From Pirellulales bacterium (GTDB taxonomy: Bacteria; Planctomycetota; Planctomycetia; Pirellulales; PALSA-1355), in NCBI GenBank assembly GCA_963733035.1, contig CAVTBU010000007.1, forward strand, positions 320,001 to 384,000: a stretch of DNA of 64,000 bases, read 5' to 3'. The notes beneath the pieces are model-generated. The model searched no databases, had not been told where the DNA came from, and saw only the letters and a program-made list of their open reading frames with translations. How positions within the stretch are numbered: the first letter of the stretch is position 1; each line of letters starts with the position of its first letter. The position numbers and the translations under genes are program-made. Positions 31,301 to 43,556 of the stretch are shown one piece after another.

Positions 31301-33715
31301 GCCGCCGCCGCCGCCGAGCCGACCGCTCCGGGCACCAGCCCGGCGCCCCCGGCAACGGAGGTCTACGACTGGACGGCCGAGCAGGGTGTTTTGCGCGGGC
31401 GGCTGAACAGCGCTCAATTGTCTGGCGCGAAAGCCTGGCTGCACTACCATCGGCCGCTGTTGAGCGGTGAAACGCTGCGCTATCAGTTCCTCTATCAGCC
31501 GGGCGAATTGCACGTGCACCCGACGGTCGGACGCATCGCCTATTTGCTCGAGCCGGCCGGCTTGCGATTGCAGTGGCTCGAATCTTCCATCCGCCCAGTG
31601 GGGCTGGTCGTGCTCGACAACGACTCGATCGTTGAAGATCCCGCTTGCCGCCGCGCGGCCGTAGGAGAGTTGCTTAAGGAGAATGATTGGAATGATGTTG
31701 AGCTGGCGCTCGTGGGCGACCAATTGACGATCCGACTGAACGGCGAGTCCGTCTGTGAGCGGAAGCTTGACACGCCGCAAGACTCGTACTTCGGCTTCTT
31801 CCACCGTCCCGGTCAGACGGCCGCCGAGATTCGCAATGTCGAGCTGACTGGGGCGTGGCCCGAGACGCTTGCCCCGACGGATCTGGCGGACTTGTTCGCG
31901 CCGGCCGACGAGACATTGCCGGCCGAGGCACGGCAGGTCTCCAGCCGCTTGATTGGCGAAACCTTGATCGCCGACAACGTTGGCTCGTTGTGGCAGAGCC
32001 TCGAGGACCTCGACGCCGAGGCGCGCTACCAGCAACTCAAGCACTGGGTGTTGCCTGACAGTTTCCATGCAAGCTACCGCGTGCGGTCCGGCATGACCGA
32101 CGACGGCACACGAGTGCAACCGGCGCTCGCACTGGCGAAACTGGCCAAAGAGCTCGACAAGTTGGACGATCTGGCAAACGCCGTGGCGGAGGCCGCCAAG
32201 AGCGTGCCCGACGACGAATCGAGTATTGCGGCGCTCGAAGCGCTAGTGGCGATTGCCCGTCAGGACGCCGAGACAGCTCGGGCGCGGTTGAGCACACTGG
32301 GGCATGGACTTTCGCAACACGTTCAGTCCGCAGGTGGCGAGTGGCCGCATGCCGAGCTCCTGGCCGCCGAGGCAGCCATAGCCGATCCTCCCCTGCGCGA
32401 CGAGGCAGTCGCGCTGGCCGACAAGATGGCTGGCATGGCCAACAACCAGCAGCTCAAACGCACCGACTGGCAGCGCGTGGCCGGTTGGCTCGCCGATCGA
32501 AGACAATACGGCGGCCCAGGCGACCAGTCGGCCTCCGCCCATTGGCCGCTGACCCAGTGGCACCCGGTCGAACACGCGACGGCCGCGGCGCGCGTGCTCG
32601 GACACCCATCGAGCGCCTGGCACGTCGCCGACGATCAGCTTCCCTACTTCGCCAGCGGTGAGCGATCCGCACTCTATTTTGCCGTGCCGCTGGCAGGCGA
32701 TTTCGAAGTGCGCTTTGAGCAACCCAAGTCGCGCCAGCGCGGACTGGCGATTCAGTATGCCGGCCGTTCGTTCAACCTGAGTGGCGACGGGCGGCTGTTG
32801 GTTCGCCAGCAAATCGGCCTGGAAGCGACTTCCAATAAACTCACGGCGAAGCTTCCCAAGGAACCCGATTGGAACGTCTATCGGCTCGTTGTGCGCGGAG
32901 ACAAATTCACGGCGCTGATCAACGACGTCGAAGTCGCAAGTGAAACGGTCTCTGCCCAGCGCGATCCCTGGCTCGCCCTTGTGACCTCGGAATTCAACCG
33001 CTTGGGGGCGATTCGCCGCGTGCAGGTGATCGGCCAACCCAGCATTCCAGAGGAAGTCGCCTGGACCGGGTCGCAGTCACTGGCCGGTTGGCACGCCGAC
33101 TTTTATCGCGAGGCATTCAACCCCGACGGACCGCGCGGGCAAAACGACGCGGCCAGCCAGGTATGTTGGACGAAGAACGGCGACGAGATCCTGGGGACGT
33201 TCATGTCCGGATCCGCCGGCACATTTCGCGAGAGCCTGCTCCAGTATCACCGCCCGCTCCTGGAAGACGGCGTCGTGGAGTACGAGTTCTACTGGGACCC
33301 CGAAGCATCCCAGTGCCATCCGGCGATCGACCGCCAGGCCTTTCTGCTCTTGCCCGCGGGAGTGCAGACGCACCAGCTCACCGATGGCCCGCTCGACCGC
33401 TCGGGCTCCTCGGCCGACAACCACACGCCCCTCGAAGGCAGCAGCCCCGTGCCGCTCAAGGCCAACGATTGGAACCGGGCAACAATCCAGTTAGCCGGCA
33501 ACACCTTGACCATCACGGTCAACGACCAACAGGTTGCGCAGATCGAGCTCAAGCCAGACATCGAACGCACGTTCGGGTTGTTTCACTATCGTGACGTTTC
33601 GACCGCTCGGGTGCGGAACGTCGTGCACCGTGGCAGTTGGCCCCGGCAATTGCCTCCTGTCGAGCAACAAGAACTCGCCACCCAGCCCTCCACTGCCGAA
33701 GCTCGGGCGAACTAA
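22364..33715 (+). CDS. Giant secreted TPR protein (~3,780 aa) with duplicated DUF1583/DUF1581-like C-terminal module; two compensating frameshifts (~27116, ~27475)
   Basis: AGGAGG RBS, signal peptide, many TPR repeats; ORF 22295-27142, the middle of ORF 26389-27975 and ORF 27500-33715 join; YHRP module occurs twice. Confidence 0.75.
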
Positions 33716-33829
33716 GTCCGTGTGCATGTTTCCGAGTCTTCAGATTCCGTTAGCCACGTAGCTGCCGCCCGCGTCGCGTGGTAGTCTGCTCACCAGTGAT
33801 TTGACTCGCAACAAGATGGAACCCAAGTG

Positions 33830-34612
33830 ATGGTATCTTTGCTGCTTTCTTTCGTACTGGCCATGCAAGTCGTGTCGCAAGACAACGCGCCGCTTCGACT
33901 GTGCGCTCATCGTGGCGGCGTGGTCGACGCGCAACATATCGAGAACAACTTGCCCGGCATCGACGAGGCAGTGCGCCGGGGCTACTGGATGCTTGAAGTC
34001 GATATTCGCGAGAGCAAGGACGGACACCTCGTCGTGCAACACGATGCCGACTTCAGGCGGTTTTACGGCGACCGACGCCGCGTAGCCGACATGACTTGGG
34101 ACGAGATCAAGCAGCTGCGCAGCATACCGGGCAACTTGCGGCCGCTCGAGTTTGCCGAGTATGCCGCAGCCTGCCGCGGCAAGATTCGGTTGATGCTCGA
34201 CACCAAGGAACCCGAGCACAGCCAGGCGTTCTTCGACTCGATGATCAAATCGCTCGAAGAAAACGACCTGTTGGACTCAACCTACGTCATCGGCACCGAC
34301 CAGGCCCGACAGGTGTTTCTCGATCGGGCCAAGGTCGGAATCAATCCCAAGAACTTAGTCGACCACATTTCCGGCGGCGAGGACGTGGGTCGCCGCTACT
34401 TTCTATTCGGACACGCTTCCGACTACGACCAGGAGGTGTTGGAACTGGCCAAGAGCCGAGCGGTGGACGTCATGCCCTCGATCAACACGTTCCATTACCC
34501 CGGCACGAGAAACCTCGAACGTGCGGCCGCCGACATCGATCGGCTCAAAAAGCTGGGCGTAAGGGGTTTCCAAATCGACTCGGTCTACGAGAAGTTTTGC
34601 CGCCAGCCCTAA
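33830..34612 (+). CDS. Glycerophosphodiester phosphodiesterase family protein
   Basis: AHRGG, EN, EVDIRESKDGHLVVQHD; signal peptide. Confidence 0.85.
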   Translation: MVSLLLSFVLAMQVVSQDNAPLRLCAHRGGVVDAQHIENNLPGIDEAVRRGYWMLEVDIRESKDGHLVVQHDADFRRFYGDRRRVADMTWDEIKQLRSIPGNLRPLEFAEYAAACRGKIRLMLDTKEPEHSQAFFDSMIKSLEENDLLDSTYVIGTDQARQVFLDRAKVGINPKNLVDHISGGEDVGRRYFLFGHASDYDQEVLELAKSRAVDVMPSINTFHYPGTRNLERAAADIDRLKKLGVRGFQIDSVYEKFCRQP

Positions 34613-34633
34613 CGCGGGGCGCCAGCGACGCCG

Positions 34634-36064
34634 CTACTTGCCCGCTTGCTTGGCCCGCGCATCGGACACGCGGTCGGAGAGCGCGCCGAGCAACTCGCCG
34701 GCGGTTTCCGGTCCCACGCTGTTGCGTTCGCCGTATTGGGCGCTATCGCGGCGATACGCGTACGGTGGCTTCACGTCCCACTGACGTTTCGGCACGATGT
34801 AGCCCACCTCGTCGTTGGCCAATCCCAGCACCAGTATTTTGTCTGACGGCAGGATACCGGCCACCGACGGCTCAAGCGGCGCATCGAAAAAGTCGGCTCC
34901 CGGGTCGGCAGGATCCTGATACTTTCCATACACGCACTCCGGATACAGTTCGCCGGGAATTGCCGCCACGTCCAGCTCTCCCAGCCGCAGATAGGCGACC
35001 TCGGTTTCCAGCGCCAGCCGTTTTGCCCCGCCCGGCCTGGTTTCGGAACCCGGATGATTTCGATCGCCGTTCCATTTGTAAACCGGACGGTTGAGCACGC
35101 CGATGGCCAGCGCCTGGACGAAGCCTTCGTTGTCCAACGGCAGCATCACCGGTCGGGCGTACACCTGCAGCGGTTCGAGCTTGATAGGCTGGGCTTTGCT
35201 CAATGCCTGGTCTGCCAGATCGGCCGTCGCTTCGCCCACGGCGTCGATAAATCCAAACGTGTCGCTGGCAAGTTTACCGGCCTTGGCATCTTCGACCAGT
35301 TTCTTTGGCGTTCCCATCAGCCCGCCGATTGCACCCTGAAAATAAACGACCGGGCAACCATGTCGTTTTTCCAAAGCGTCGACCATCGAGCCCATGAAGT
35401 CGCGCGTGACCAGCGGATTCTTGCTCGGCTCGACGCCGTGCGCGTTCCACTGCACGAGGATCCCGCAGGGGGCCTGTTTGCCGACGCAGTCGAAGCGAAT
35501 GGCCCGCAACACGCCGTCGTAAACCTCCGGCAGACGAAAATCGCCCAGCAGCGACTCGTCTTCGGCTGTTCCATAGAATGCACTACCGGGTGCGCTCTGG
35601 GAATCGGCCTGGCGGACGGCGCCGACAATGCCGCCGATCAGCAGTTCGACGTATTTCGGTACAACGCCCGACTTGTCGGGGGCGGGGCCCCAAATTCCAA
35701 CCACGTCGGGCGTGGCATGCGAGTGCGTGCTGGCCACCAGCACGTAGTCGAAGTCCGGCAGTTTCTTGCGAACTGCCTGCACGATCGGGTAGGGGATGCC
35801 GATCGAATCGGCCGACACCAGCGCGAACTTGCTTTTGCCGTCGCGCAACACGATCGCCCGCGCGTAGAGCTTGTCATGCACGCCCGTCGCCGCCCGATTC
35901 TGCTCCAGCCCGGCCAGCCAAATTGGCTCCCCTTCCACAATCGGCGGCGAAATGTCCTTCCAAGCAAAACCAACGTCGAGTGCAATCGCCTCGGCCCCGG
36001 CGAACAGAGCCAGGCAGACGGCAAACAATTGAACGGGCCGCGGAAAGAACGTGTTGTGAATCAT
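34634..36064 (-). CDS. Secreted neutral/alkaline ceramidase-like hydrolase
   Basis: VHDKLYARAIVL, STHSHATPD, PGE, GLANDEVGYI. Confidence 0.65.
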   Translation of the reverse strand: MIHNTFFPRPVQLFAVCLALFAGAEAIALDVGFAWKDISPPIVEGEPIWLAGLEQNRAATGVHDKLYARAIVLRDGKSKFALVSADSIGIPYPIVQAVRKKLPDFDYVLVASTHSHATPDVVGIWGPAPDKSGVVPKYVELLIGGIVGAVRQADSQSAPGSAFYGTAEDESLLGDFRLPEVYDGVLRAIRFDCVGKQAPCGILVQWNAHGVEPSKNPLVTRDFMGSMVDALEKRHGCPVVYFQGAIGGLMGTPKKLVEDAKAGKLASDTFGFIDAVGEATADLADQALSKAQPIKLEPLQVYARPVMLPLDNEGFVQALAIGVLNRPVYKWNGDRNHPGSETRPGGAKRLALETEVAYLRLGELDVAAIPGELYPECVYGKYQDPADPGADFFDAPLEPSVAGILPSDKILVLGLANDEVGYIVPKRQWDVKPPYAYRRDSAQYGERNSVGPETAGELLGALSDRVSDARAKQAGK

Positions 36065-36189
36065 GGGAGGCGTTGCGTACTGAATGGTGGAACGGTACTA
36101 AAGCTGCGCCGGGACAACAGGATTCGCCGCCGCCGCCCGGCGTGCCTCCCGCGTCCGAGCAGGGGGAGCTGGAACGTCGAGTGAGACGA

Positions 36190-37095
36190 CTATTTTTTCT
36201 TATTCTTCAGGTGCTTGTCGAAAAACTCGATGGTTTCGTCCAGCGTTTGATGCATCAGGGGGCCGCTCCAGGTGTGTCCGGCACCGAGCAGGAGTTCGAC
36301 TCGGCCTTCGACGCCGGCGTTGGTGAGCGCCTCGGTGATCTCGTAGGCCTGATCGGTCGACACTAGCGGATCCTTGGTGCCATAGAAGCAAAGCGTGGGA
36401 GCGTCGCCTTTGCTGACATAGGTGAGCGGCGAACCCTTTTTCAATTCTTCTTGCTTTTCCTTGGGATCTGCGCCAACCCAGGCTGTCAGGATCGAGGTTT
36501 GCACCGGCGTGTAGCTGTCGCGCACCAGGTTCACCGGCCCGACGAAGTTCACCACGGCCTGCACTTTACTCGACTGGTCGGCGTTGCCGCCGTCACCTTC
36601 CATGCCGTCTGCCGAATCGAGCAGACCGAGCATCAGCGAGAGATGTCCTCCCGCGGAGATGCCCGTGGCGCCGATGCGATTGGGATCGATGTGGAGGTCC
36701 TTGGCATTCGCGCGCAGGTAACGCACAGCCGCCTTGGCGTCTTCGATCTGTGCCGGGAATTGATGCTTTGGCGCGAAGCGATAACTAATCGTGGCCGCCA
36801 CGTAGCCATGTTCGGCCAACAGCTTGGCAATCGATGCCATGTCCTGCCGTTTGCCGGCCATCCAACCGCCGCCATGAATCACGACGATGGCCGGTACCGG
36901 ATGGTCGAGTCCCTTGGGCGTGGCCAGGTCGAGCTGCAGCGGTTCGCCGTCGACGACCGCATACGTGACGTCGGGCTGGTAATCGATATCACTCTTGCCT
37001 TCGTCGCCGTCTTCCGCGCGAGCCTGAGCCATTGCGAACACAAGAACTGCTGCTAGCCCAACCGCTCCGTGCCATAAATGCCGCCGGGTACCCAT
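36190..37095 (-). CDS. Secreted alpha/beta hydrolase (esterase, HSL-like)
   Basis: HGGGW, GISAG nucleophile elbow, D...H triad. Confidence 0.85.
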   Translation of the reverse strand: MGTRRHLWHGAVGLAAVLVFAMAQARAEDGDEGKSDIDYQPDVTYAVVDGEPLQLDLATPKGLDHPVPAIVVIHGGGWMAGKRQDMASIAKLLAEHGYVAATISYRFAPKHQFPAQIEDAKAAVRYLRANAKDLHIDPNRIGATGISAGGHLSLMLGLLDSADGMEGDGGNADQSSKVQAVVNFVGPVNLVRDSYTPVQTSILTAWVGADPKEKQEELKKGSPLTYVSKGDAPTLCFYGTKDPLVSTDQAYEITEALTNAGVEGRVELLLGAGHTWSGPLMHQTLDETIEFFDKHLKNKKK

Positions 37096-37174
37096 GATGA
37101 CTGCTCCCACAAACGAGTAATGACGAGACTCGACCCCGGCCGCCTATTGTACCGCCGGCTGCCTCCCAAATCGA

Positions 37175-39121
37175 TCATTCGGAAACGTTTTCCGTTGCCA
37201 GAATCGACTTGCTCGACGAAAAGAATCGGCCCGTGCGGAAGGATCTTTTCAGCCGAGCCCGCACATTGCCGAAACCGGCGATGGCTTCAATGTAATGACG
37301 GCCACGATGCGAATGGCCGGCCCGCACGGCCCGGGCGCCGTGCTGTTCGAAGATTTGCAGGTTGACGGCACTTTGGATCAAGGCCAGGTGGGTCAGCCCC
37401 TGGGGGAAGTTGCCCAACAGTTCACCGCTCGTCGGATTGATTTCCTCGGAAAGGAGCCCCACGTCGTTGGCTAGTTCGAGCAGGCGTTCGTACAGAGCCC
37501 GCGCTTCACCGGCGCGGTCGATGGCCAACAAGGCGTCGACCAGCCAGAAGCTGCAGACCAAAAATGCCCCTTCATCCCCATCCAATCCGTCGTCTTCGTC
37601 GTAGCGGAGGACATATTCTCCCCGCTGTAAGTGCCGCTGCACGGCTTCGACCGTGGCCGAAAGAATCTTGTCGGAGAGCGGAAACCCGCGCAGCGGAGCC
37701 AGCAGCAAGGCGGCATTCATCGAGTTGGATCCGAACGTGCCGACCAGGTGCGTGCCGGTCGAATCGAGCCCTTCGGTGATCACGCGATGATGAATCTGCT
37801 GCTGCAGGTCGCGGCGCTTCTGGGTTGTGCCGTTCAGGCGGTTCAGACAGTCGAGCCCGACCCAGCACATGATTTTGCCGAACGTGTGATCTTTCGGCTC
37901 GCCGCGCATTTCCCACAGCCCATGATCGCCATCGTGCCAGTGTTCTTCGATCAGTTTCTCCAGCGCGGCAAACAGTTGTTGGGCGTGGCGGCGAAAGCTC
38001 CCCTGCGACGACACATGCAGGTCGGCCCAGTCCAGAATCTCCCCGTAAACGTCAAGTTGCCGCTGCGTGTAAGCCCCGTTGCCAATGCGCACCGGCTGGC
38101 TGCCCCGATATCCCGCGAGGTGTTCCAGATCGCGTTCGACGAGTTGCGTTTCGTATTCGATGCCGTACATGATCTGCACGTTGGGCAGCGTGGCATGGCA
38201 GGCCTCGTCCAGGTAGTCGGCAAAACGACTTCCTTCGCCGTCATACCCCAACGAACCCAGCGCGAACAACATAAAGGAAGCATCGCGCGGCCAGCAGAAA
38301 CGATAGTCCCAATTGCGCTGGCCTCCAATCCATTCCGGCAGCGACGTGGTCGGCGCCGCGGCGATGGCACCGGTGGGAGCATAGGTTAACAATTTGAGCG
38401 CTAGCGCGCTGCGCAACACGGCCTCGCAATAGGGCCCGTCGTAGCGGCAATACTGCGACCATTCGGTCCAAAATGCACGCGTGACGTCCAGATAGTTGGC
38501 CACGGTGGCCGACAAGTCGCACGGTCCGCGGAACTTGCAGCTCAGCATGACCTCGATGCTCTGGCCCGGCCGCAGCACGCAGCGGGCAGTTGCGCCGTGC
38601 TCGCTGAGTTGAAACTCGGCATTGCTATAGAGCGATACCCGTTCGGACCGGAGGCAGTGGTCGTCGCGCCAAAGTTGGGCAGGGTGCCGTGCGTAATCCT
38701 CGCTGGGGCTAAAACGGATTCCGAATTCAGCCGGCCCCTGTTCGCACTCGATGATGCGAACCAGCGCATGCGCCGCATTCAGGCAGACGTAGTCGTGCAC
38801 CTTCGAGCCGGGTTTACGGCCGACAGGCATGAAGTCCGTTACACGGAGCCGCGCCGCTCCAAATTCCAAGCATGTTTCCAGAATGTTCGTTGCCGGTAGG
38901 TACCGACGCGAAGTGTCCACGTCGGAGGGCAGATCGAACGACAGCGAGCCACCCCGTTCCGTGTCCAGCAGCCGACAAAACACCGGATCGGCGTCAAAGC
39001 GCGTCAGGCTGCACCAGTCGACGTTCCCGTGGCGCGAGACCAATGCTGATCCGTGACAGTCGCCGATCAAAGCGTAGTCGCCGATCGGCGGTTGGCTGGT
39101 TGTCGGCGGATGCTCGGTCAA
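37175..39121 (-). CDS. Glycoside hydrolase family 15 (trehalase/glucoamylase-like)
   Basis: IGDYALIGD, TTSLPE..GGQRNWDYRFCWPRD, GLWEMRG, GNFPQ. Confidence 0.9.
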   Translation of the reverse strand: MTEHPPTTSQPPIGDYALIGDCHGSALVSRHGNVDWCSLTRFDADPVFCRLLDTERGGSLSFDLPSDVDTSRRYLPATNILETCLEFGAARLRVTDFMPVGRKPGSKVHDYVCLNAAHALVRIIECEQGPAEFGIRFSPSEDYARHPAQLWRDDHCLRSERVSLYSNAEFQLSEHGATARCVLRPGQSIEVMLSCKFRGPCDLSATVANYLDVTRAFWTEWSQYCRYDGPYCEAVLRSALALKLLTYAPTGAIAAAPTTSLPEWIGGQRNWDYRFCWPRDASFMLFALGSLGYDGEGSRFADYLDEACHATLPNVQIMYGIEYETQLVERDLEHLAGYRGSQPVRIGNGAYTQRQLDVYGEILDWADLHVSSQGSFRRHAQQLFAALEKLIEEHWHDGDHGLWEMRGEPKDHTFGKIMCWVGLDCLNRLNGTTQKRRDLQQQIHHRVITEGLDSTGTHLVGTFGSNSMNAALLLAPLRGFPLSDKILSATVEAVQRHLQRGEYVLRYDEDDGLDGDEGAFLVCSFWLVDALLAIDRAGEARALYERLLELANDVGLLSEEINPTSGELLGNFPQGLTHLALIQSAVNLQIFEQHGARAVRAGHSHRGRHYIEAIAGFGNVRARLKRSFRTGRFFSSSKSILATENVSE

Positions 39122-39295
39122 GGGAATGCCTGCGCTGCGAGAATACCGGGCCGCGGGTCGACATTATATACACATTCAGGCTGCCCTGGTCAGCGCGGGT
39201 ATTTGGGATACGGTTCGCGCCCGCGTCCCGGTAAAATTGGCGCTCGCGATCAATGTCTCGACGGGAGCCACTCAGCCTCCAATGCGCAGCTAAAA

Positions 39296-39773
39296 ATGGA
39301 CGGATTTCTCGGTACCCGAGCTTCCTTGATGCTCGACGTCGTGGCCCTCGCCATGATTGCCATCGTGCCCGTGTTGGCTTTCAGCATCTACCAGGTAATC
39401 GTTCGCCGGAATTATGCGCTGCACAAGAAGCTGCAACTGGCTCTGGGCATCGTGCTGCTGGTGGCAGTGACGATCTTTGAAGTCGACGTCCGCATGCACG
39501 GCTGGCGACACCGCGCCGAAGCCTCGCCATATTCCGGTCACGACGGCGCGACGAATTGGGTGATGATCTCGCTGGCGATTCACTTGTTCTTCGCGGTCAC
39601 CGCGGCCGTGCTGTGGATTCTGGTGATCGTTCGCGCTGCGCAACTTTCCGCGCCCGCCCGAGCCGGGCCCGCATAGCGCATGGCACCGCCGCTTTGCCAT
39701 GCTGGCCGCCATCGACATGGCCTGCACCGCCGTCACGGGCTGGGTTTTTTACTGGCTCGCATTCGTGGCCTAG
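39296..39773 (+). CDS. DUF420-family membrane protein (frameshift near 39635)
   Basis: HKKLQ, FEVDVR, LAIHLFFA; shifted frame continues HSAWHRRFAMLAAIDMACTAVTGWVFY. Confidence 0.75.
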
Positions 39774-39812
39774 GACGCGTACCGATCAGCGAGTCTTGTG
39801 CCTCCAAAGGAA

Positions 39813-39842
39813 AGAGCCCAGGGATCCCAATCCCCGGGCTCT
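39813..39842. terminator. GC-rich hairpin between convergent DUF420 and leuA (terminator or REP)
   Basis: AGAGCCC-A-GGGAT-ccca-ATCCC-C-GGGCTCT flanked by A-rich and T-rich tracts. Confidence 0.55.
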
Positions 39843-39880
39843 CTTTCACAGGGCAGATTTGGTTCGCAGGGTGCACGTGC

Positions 39881-41431
<1,551 letters not shown>

Positions 41432-41673
41432 GGTTTTTGTTTGCCTTACGGAAGAATGCTGGGGAGATGGACCGACACGGCGATACGGTTCAAGGCCGAC
41501 CCGAAGTCGGCCCGGGCAACAACAACCGTGCCCTGCCAAGCAGCGCCGAACGGGCCGCATGCCGCTGGGCGAATGCCAGTCGGTTCACCATCGGCCCTGA
41601 ATGCTCCCCGCGACACATGGCTCGCTCCCGATTCGCTGGTCACTGCGATAGCAGCTTACCGCAGTGGACCAAC

Positions 41674-41706
41674 AAAAAAACCCCAAGGCCGTTTTGCCCT
41701 GGGGTT
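41674..41706 (-). terminator. Intrinsic terminator of the leuA attenuator
   Basis: Minus strand AACCCCAGGGC-AAAACG-GCCTTGGGG-TTTTTTT. Confidence 0.85.
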
Positions 41707-41747
41707 CGTCTACTTTCGTCGTCTCGCCTGTATACGAACCCCGTCTG

Positions 41748-41804
41748 CTAGCGCGGCAGCGCCAAAAGCAACAACGGCAATAGGTTCGTAAGCGGCGTGT
41801 TCAT
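41748..41804 (-). CDS. leuL: Leucine leader peptide MNTPLTNLLPLLLLALPR
   Basis: 8 Leu in 18 codons, mostly TTG/CTT/CTA; directly upstream of antiterminator and terminator. Confidence 0.85.
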   Translation of the reverse strand: MNTPLTNLLPLLLLALPR

Positions 41805-42114
41805 CGTTTCAATTCTCAACTTGAACGTGACAGCATTACACTGCCACCACGTGCAAGCCAACTCTAACTTATGCCAGAGACCCGGTCAAGACAAAAGGTT
41901 CGGTCGACAAATGCGGCGATTTGACGGCCAAGCCAGGGCGATGAAGAAGGCCGAAACCCTGTCGCCGTTGAGCCCATGCCGGCATTGGCGGACTCGCCCG
42001 GTGCTGTCTTGAGCCGGGGGGAGCTTTCGCGTACTATTCCGCACCCCAAACTCCGGCCCCGGCGGGTCGGTAGGCAGTCCCATGCAAAAACTGGCTACGG
42101 CGGTCGACCGAAGC

Positions 42115-42603
42115 ATGATCGATTACGAGGTCCAACGCTGCACGCGACATTGCGCGACGACGGGGCGCGAACTGCAGCCCGGCGAGGAGTTCTATTCCAC
42201 GCTCGTGGCCGAGGGTGCCCACGTGGTGCGATACGACTACTCGCCCGAGGCCTGGCATGGACCGCCGGTCGGCACGCTTGGCTGGTGGAAGTCGCACATG
42301 CCCGAGCGACACGCCAAGAAGCTGCAATGGGCGCCCAACGACGTGATGCTTGAGCTGTTGGAGAGCCTGGAGGGACAGCCCGAAAAAAAAGACATGCGCT
42401 ATGTGCTGGCCCTGCTGCTGGTGCGCCGCCGCGTCGTGCGCCTGGAAGAAACGGAACAGCAGGCCGACGGCGCCGAAGTGTCCGTGCTGTATTGTCCGCG
42501 GCGCGAGACGACTTACCGCGTGGAAACGACGATGCCCAGCGAAGAGCGCATCGCCGAGATTCAGCAGGAACTGGCCCAACTCCTCTTTGCCGACGCCGGA
42601 TAA
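42115..42603 (+). CDS. Conserved hypothetical protein
   Basis: Genome-like codon usage; CTRHC N-terminus; RYVLALLLVRRR. Confidence 0.7.
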   Translation: MIDYEVQRCTRHCATTGRELQPGEEFYSTLVAEGAHVVRYDYSPEAWHGPPVGTLGWWKSHMPERHAKKLQWAPNDVMLELLESLEGQPEKKDMRYVLALLLVRRRVVRLEETEQQADGAEVSVLYCPRRETTYRVETTMPSEERIAEIQQELAQLLFADAG

Positions 42604-42607
42604 ACGG

Positions 42608-43528
42608 ATGCCTCAGGAAGACACATCGCCGCCAATCCCGCGCAGCCGCAGCTGGCTGCTCGCCGTTGTGCTGCTGTGGATTTCGACAACTGGCGCCAGT
42701 TGCCCGCATATCGTTCAGCAGTACACGACGCCGATACCCAAAGCGCTGGCTCCCACGGCCACGCTCAACCAGGTCGTCGATATCGTCAACGACAACAGCG
42801 CCCGCGTGCAATCGCTTTCCAGCAGCCGGGCCACGATTTCCACACCAGGCTTCCCGGCGCTAAATGCTCAGATCGTGCTCCAGCGTCCGCGCTCGCTGCG
42901 TATCACCGGTGAGAAATTCGGCCCGCAGCTCGACGTTGGATCCAACGACGAACTGTTGTGGATTTGGCTCGCGCAATCGCAGCCGCCGGCGCTGTTCTAC
43001 TGCCGCCACGACCAATATGCCACCAGCGCCGCGCGGCAGATCATGCCCGTGGAGCCCGAGTGGCTGATCGACGCCTTCGGGCTGATGACGTTTGATCGCA
43101 CGGCGCAACTTGAAGGGCCGGCGCCCATCGGGAACGGTCGGGTGGAAATTCGCAGCCGCCAGGGATTGCCAGGGCACGAGACGTCGCGAATCACGGTGAT
43201 CGACGATCGCGGCGTGATCGTCGCCCAGCATGTTTACGACGCGCGCGGCATGCTGCTCGCTTCGGCCGCGCTCAGCAAACACGTCGCCGATCCGGCCACG
43301 GGCGCGAAGCTGCCGCGGCACATCGACATTCAATGGCCGCCCGCCAAGCTGGAGCTGAGCGTGGAGATGTCCGACGTCGTCGTCAATCAACTCCCCGCCG
43401 ATCCGCGCGAGCTATTCGCCAAGCCGAGCTACAGCGGCTACAACGAAATCGACCTGGCCCAGCCCGGCTTGCAACTGACGCCGACCGCAGCCGGCCAATA
43501 TCAGAATCCACCCACCACCAGATACTAG
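42608..43528 (+). CDS. Hypothetical lipoprotein, LolA/LolB-like beta fold suspected
   Basis: Lipobox-like GASC, DVGSNDELLWIW, beta-strand pattern. Confidence 0.6.
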   Translation: MPQEDTSPPIPRSRSWLLAVVLLWISTTGASCPHIVQQYTTPIPKALAPTATLNQVVDIVNDNSARVQSLSSSRATISTPGFPALNAQIVLQRPRSLRITGEKFGPQLDVGSNDELLWIWLAQSQPPALFYCRHDQYATSAARQIMPVEPEWLIDAFGLMTFDRTAQLEGPAPIGNGRVEIRSRQGLPGHETSRITVIDDRGVIVAQHVYDARGMLLASAALSKHVADPATGAKLPRHIDIQWPPAKLELSVEMSDVVVNQLPADPRELFAKPSYSGYNEIDLAQPGLQLTPTAAGQYQNPPTTRY

Positions 43529-43556
43529 CGAACGGTTCGCGGGGCAGGGCGGGGGG

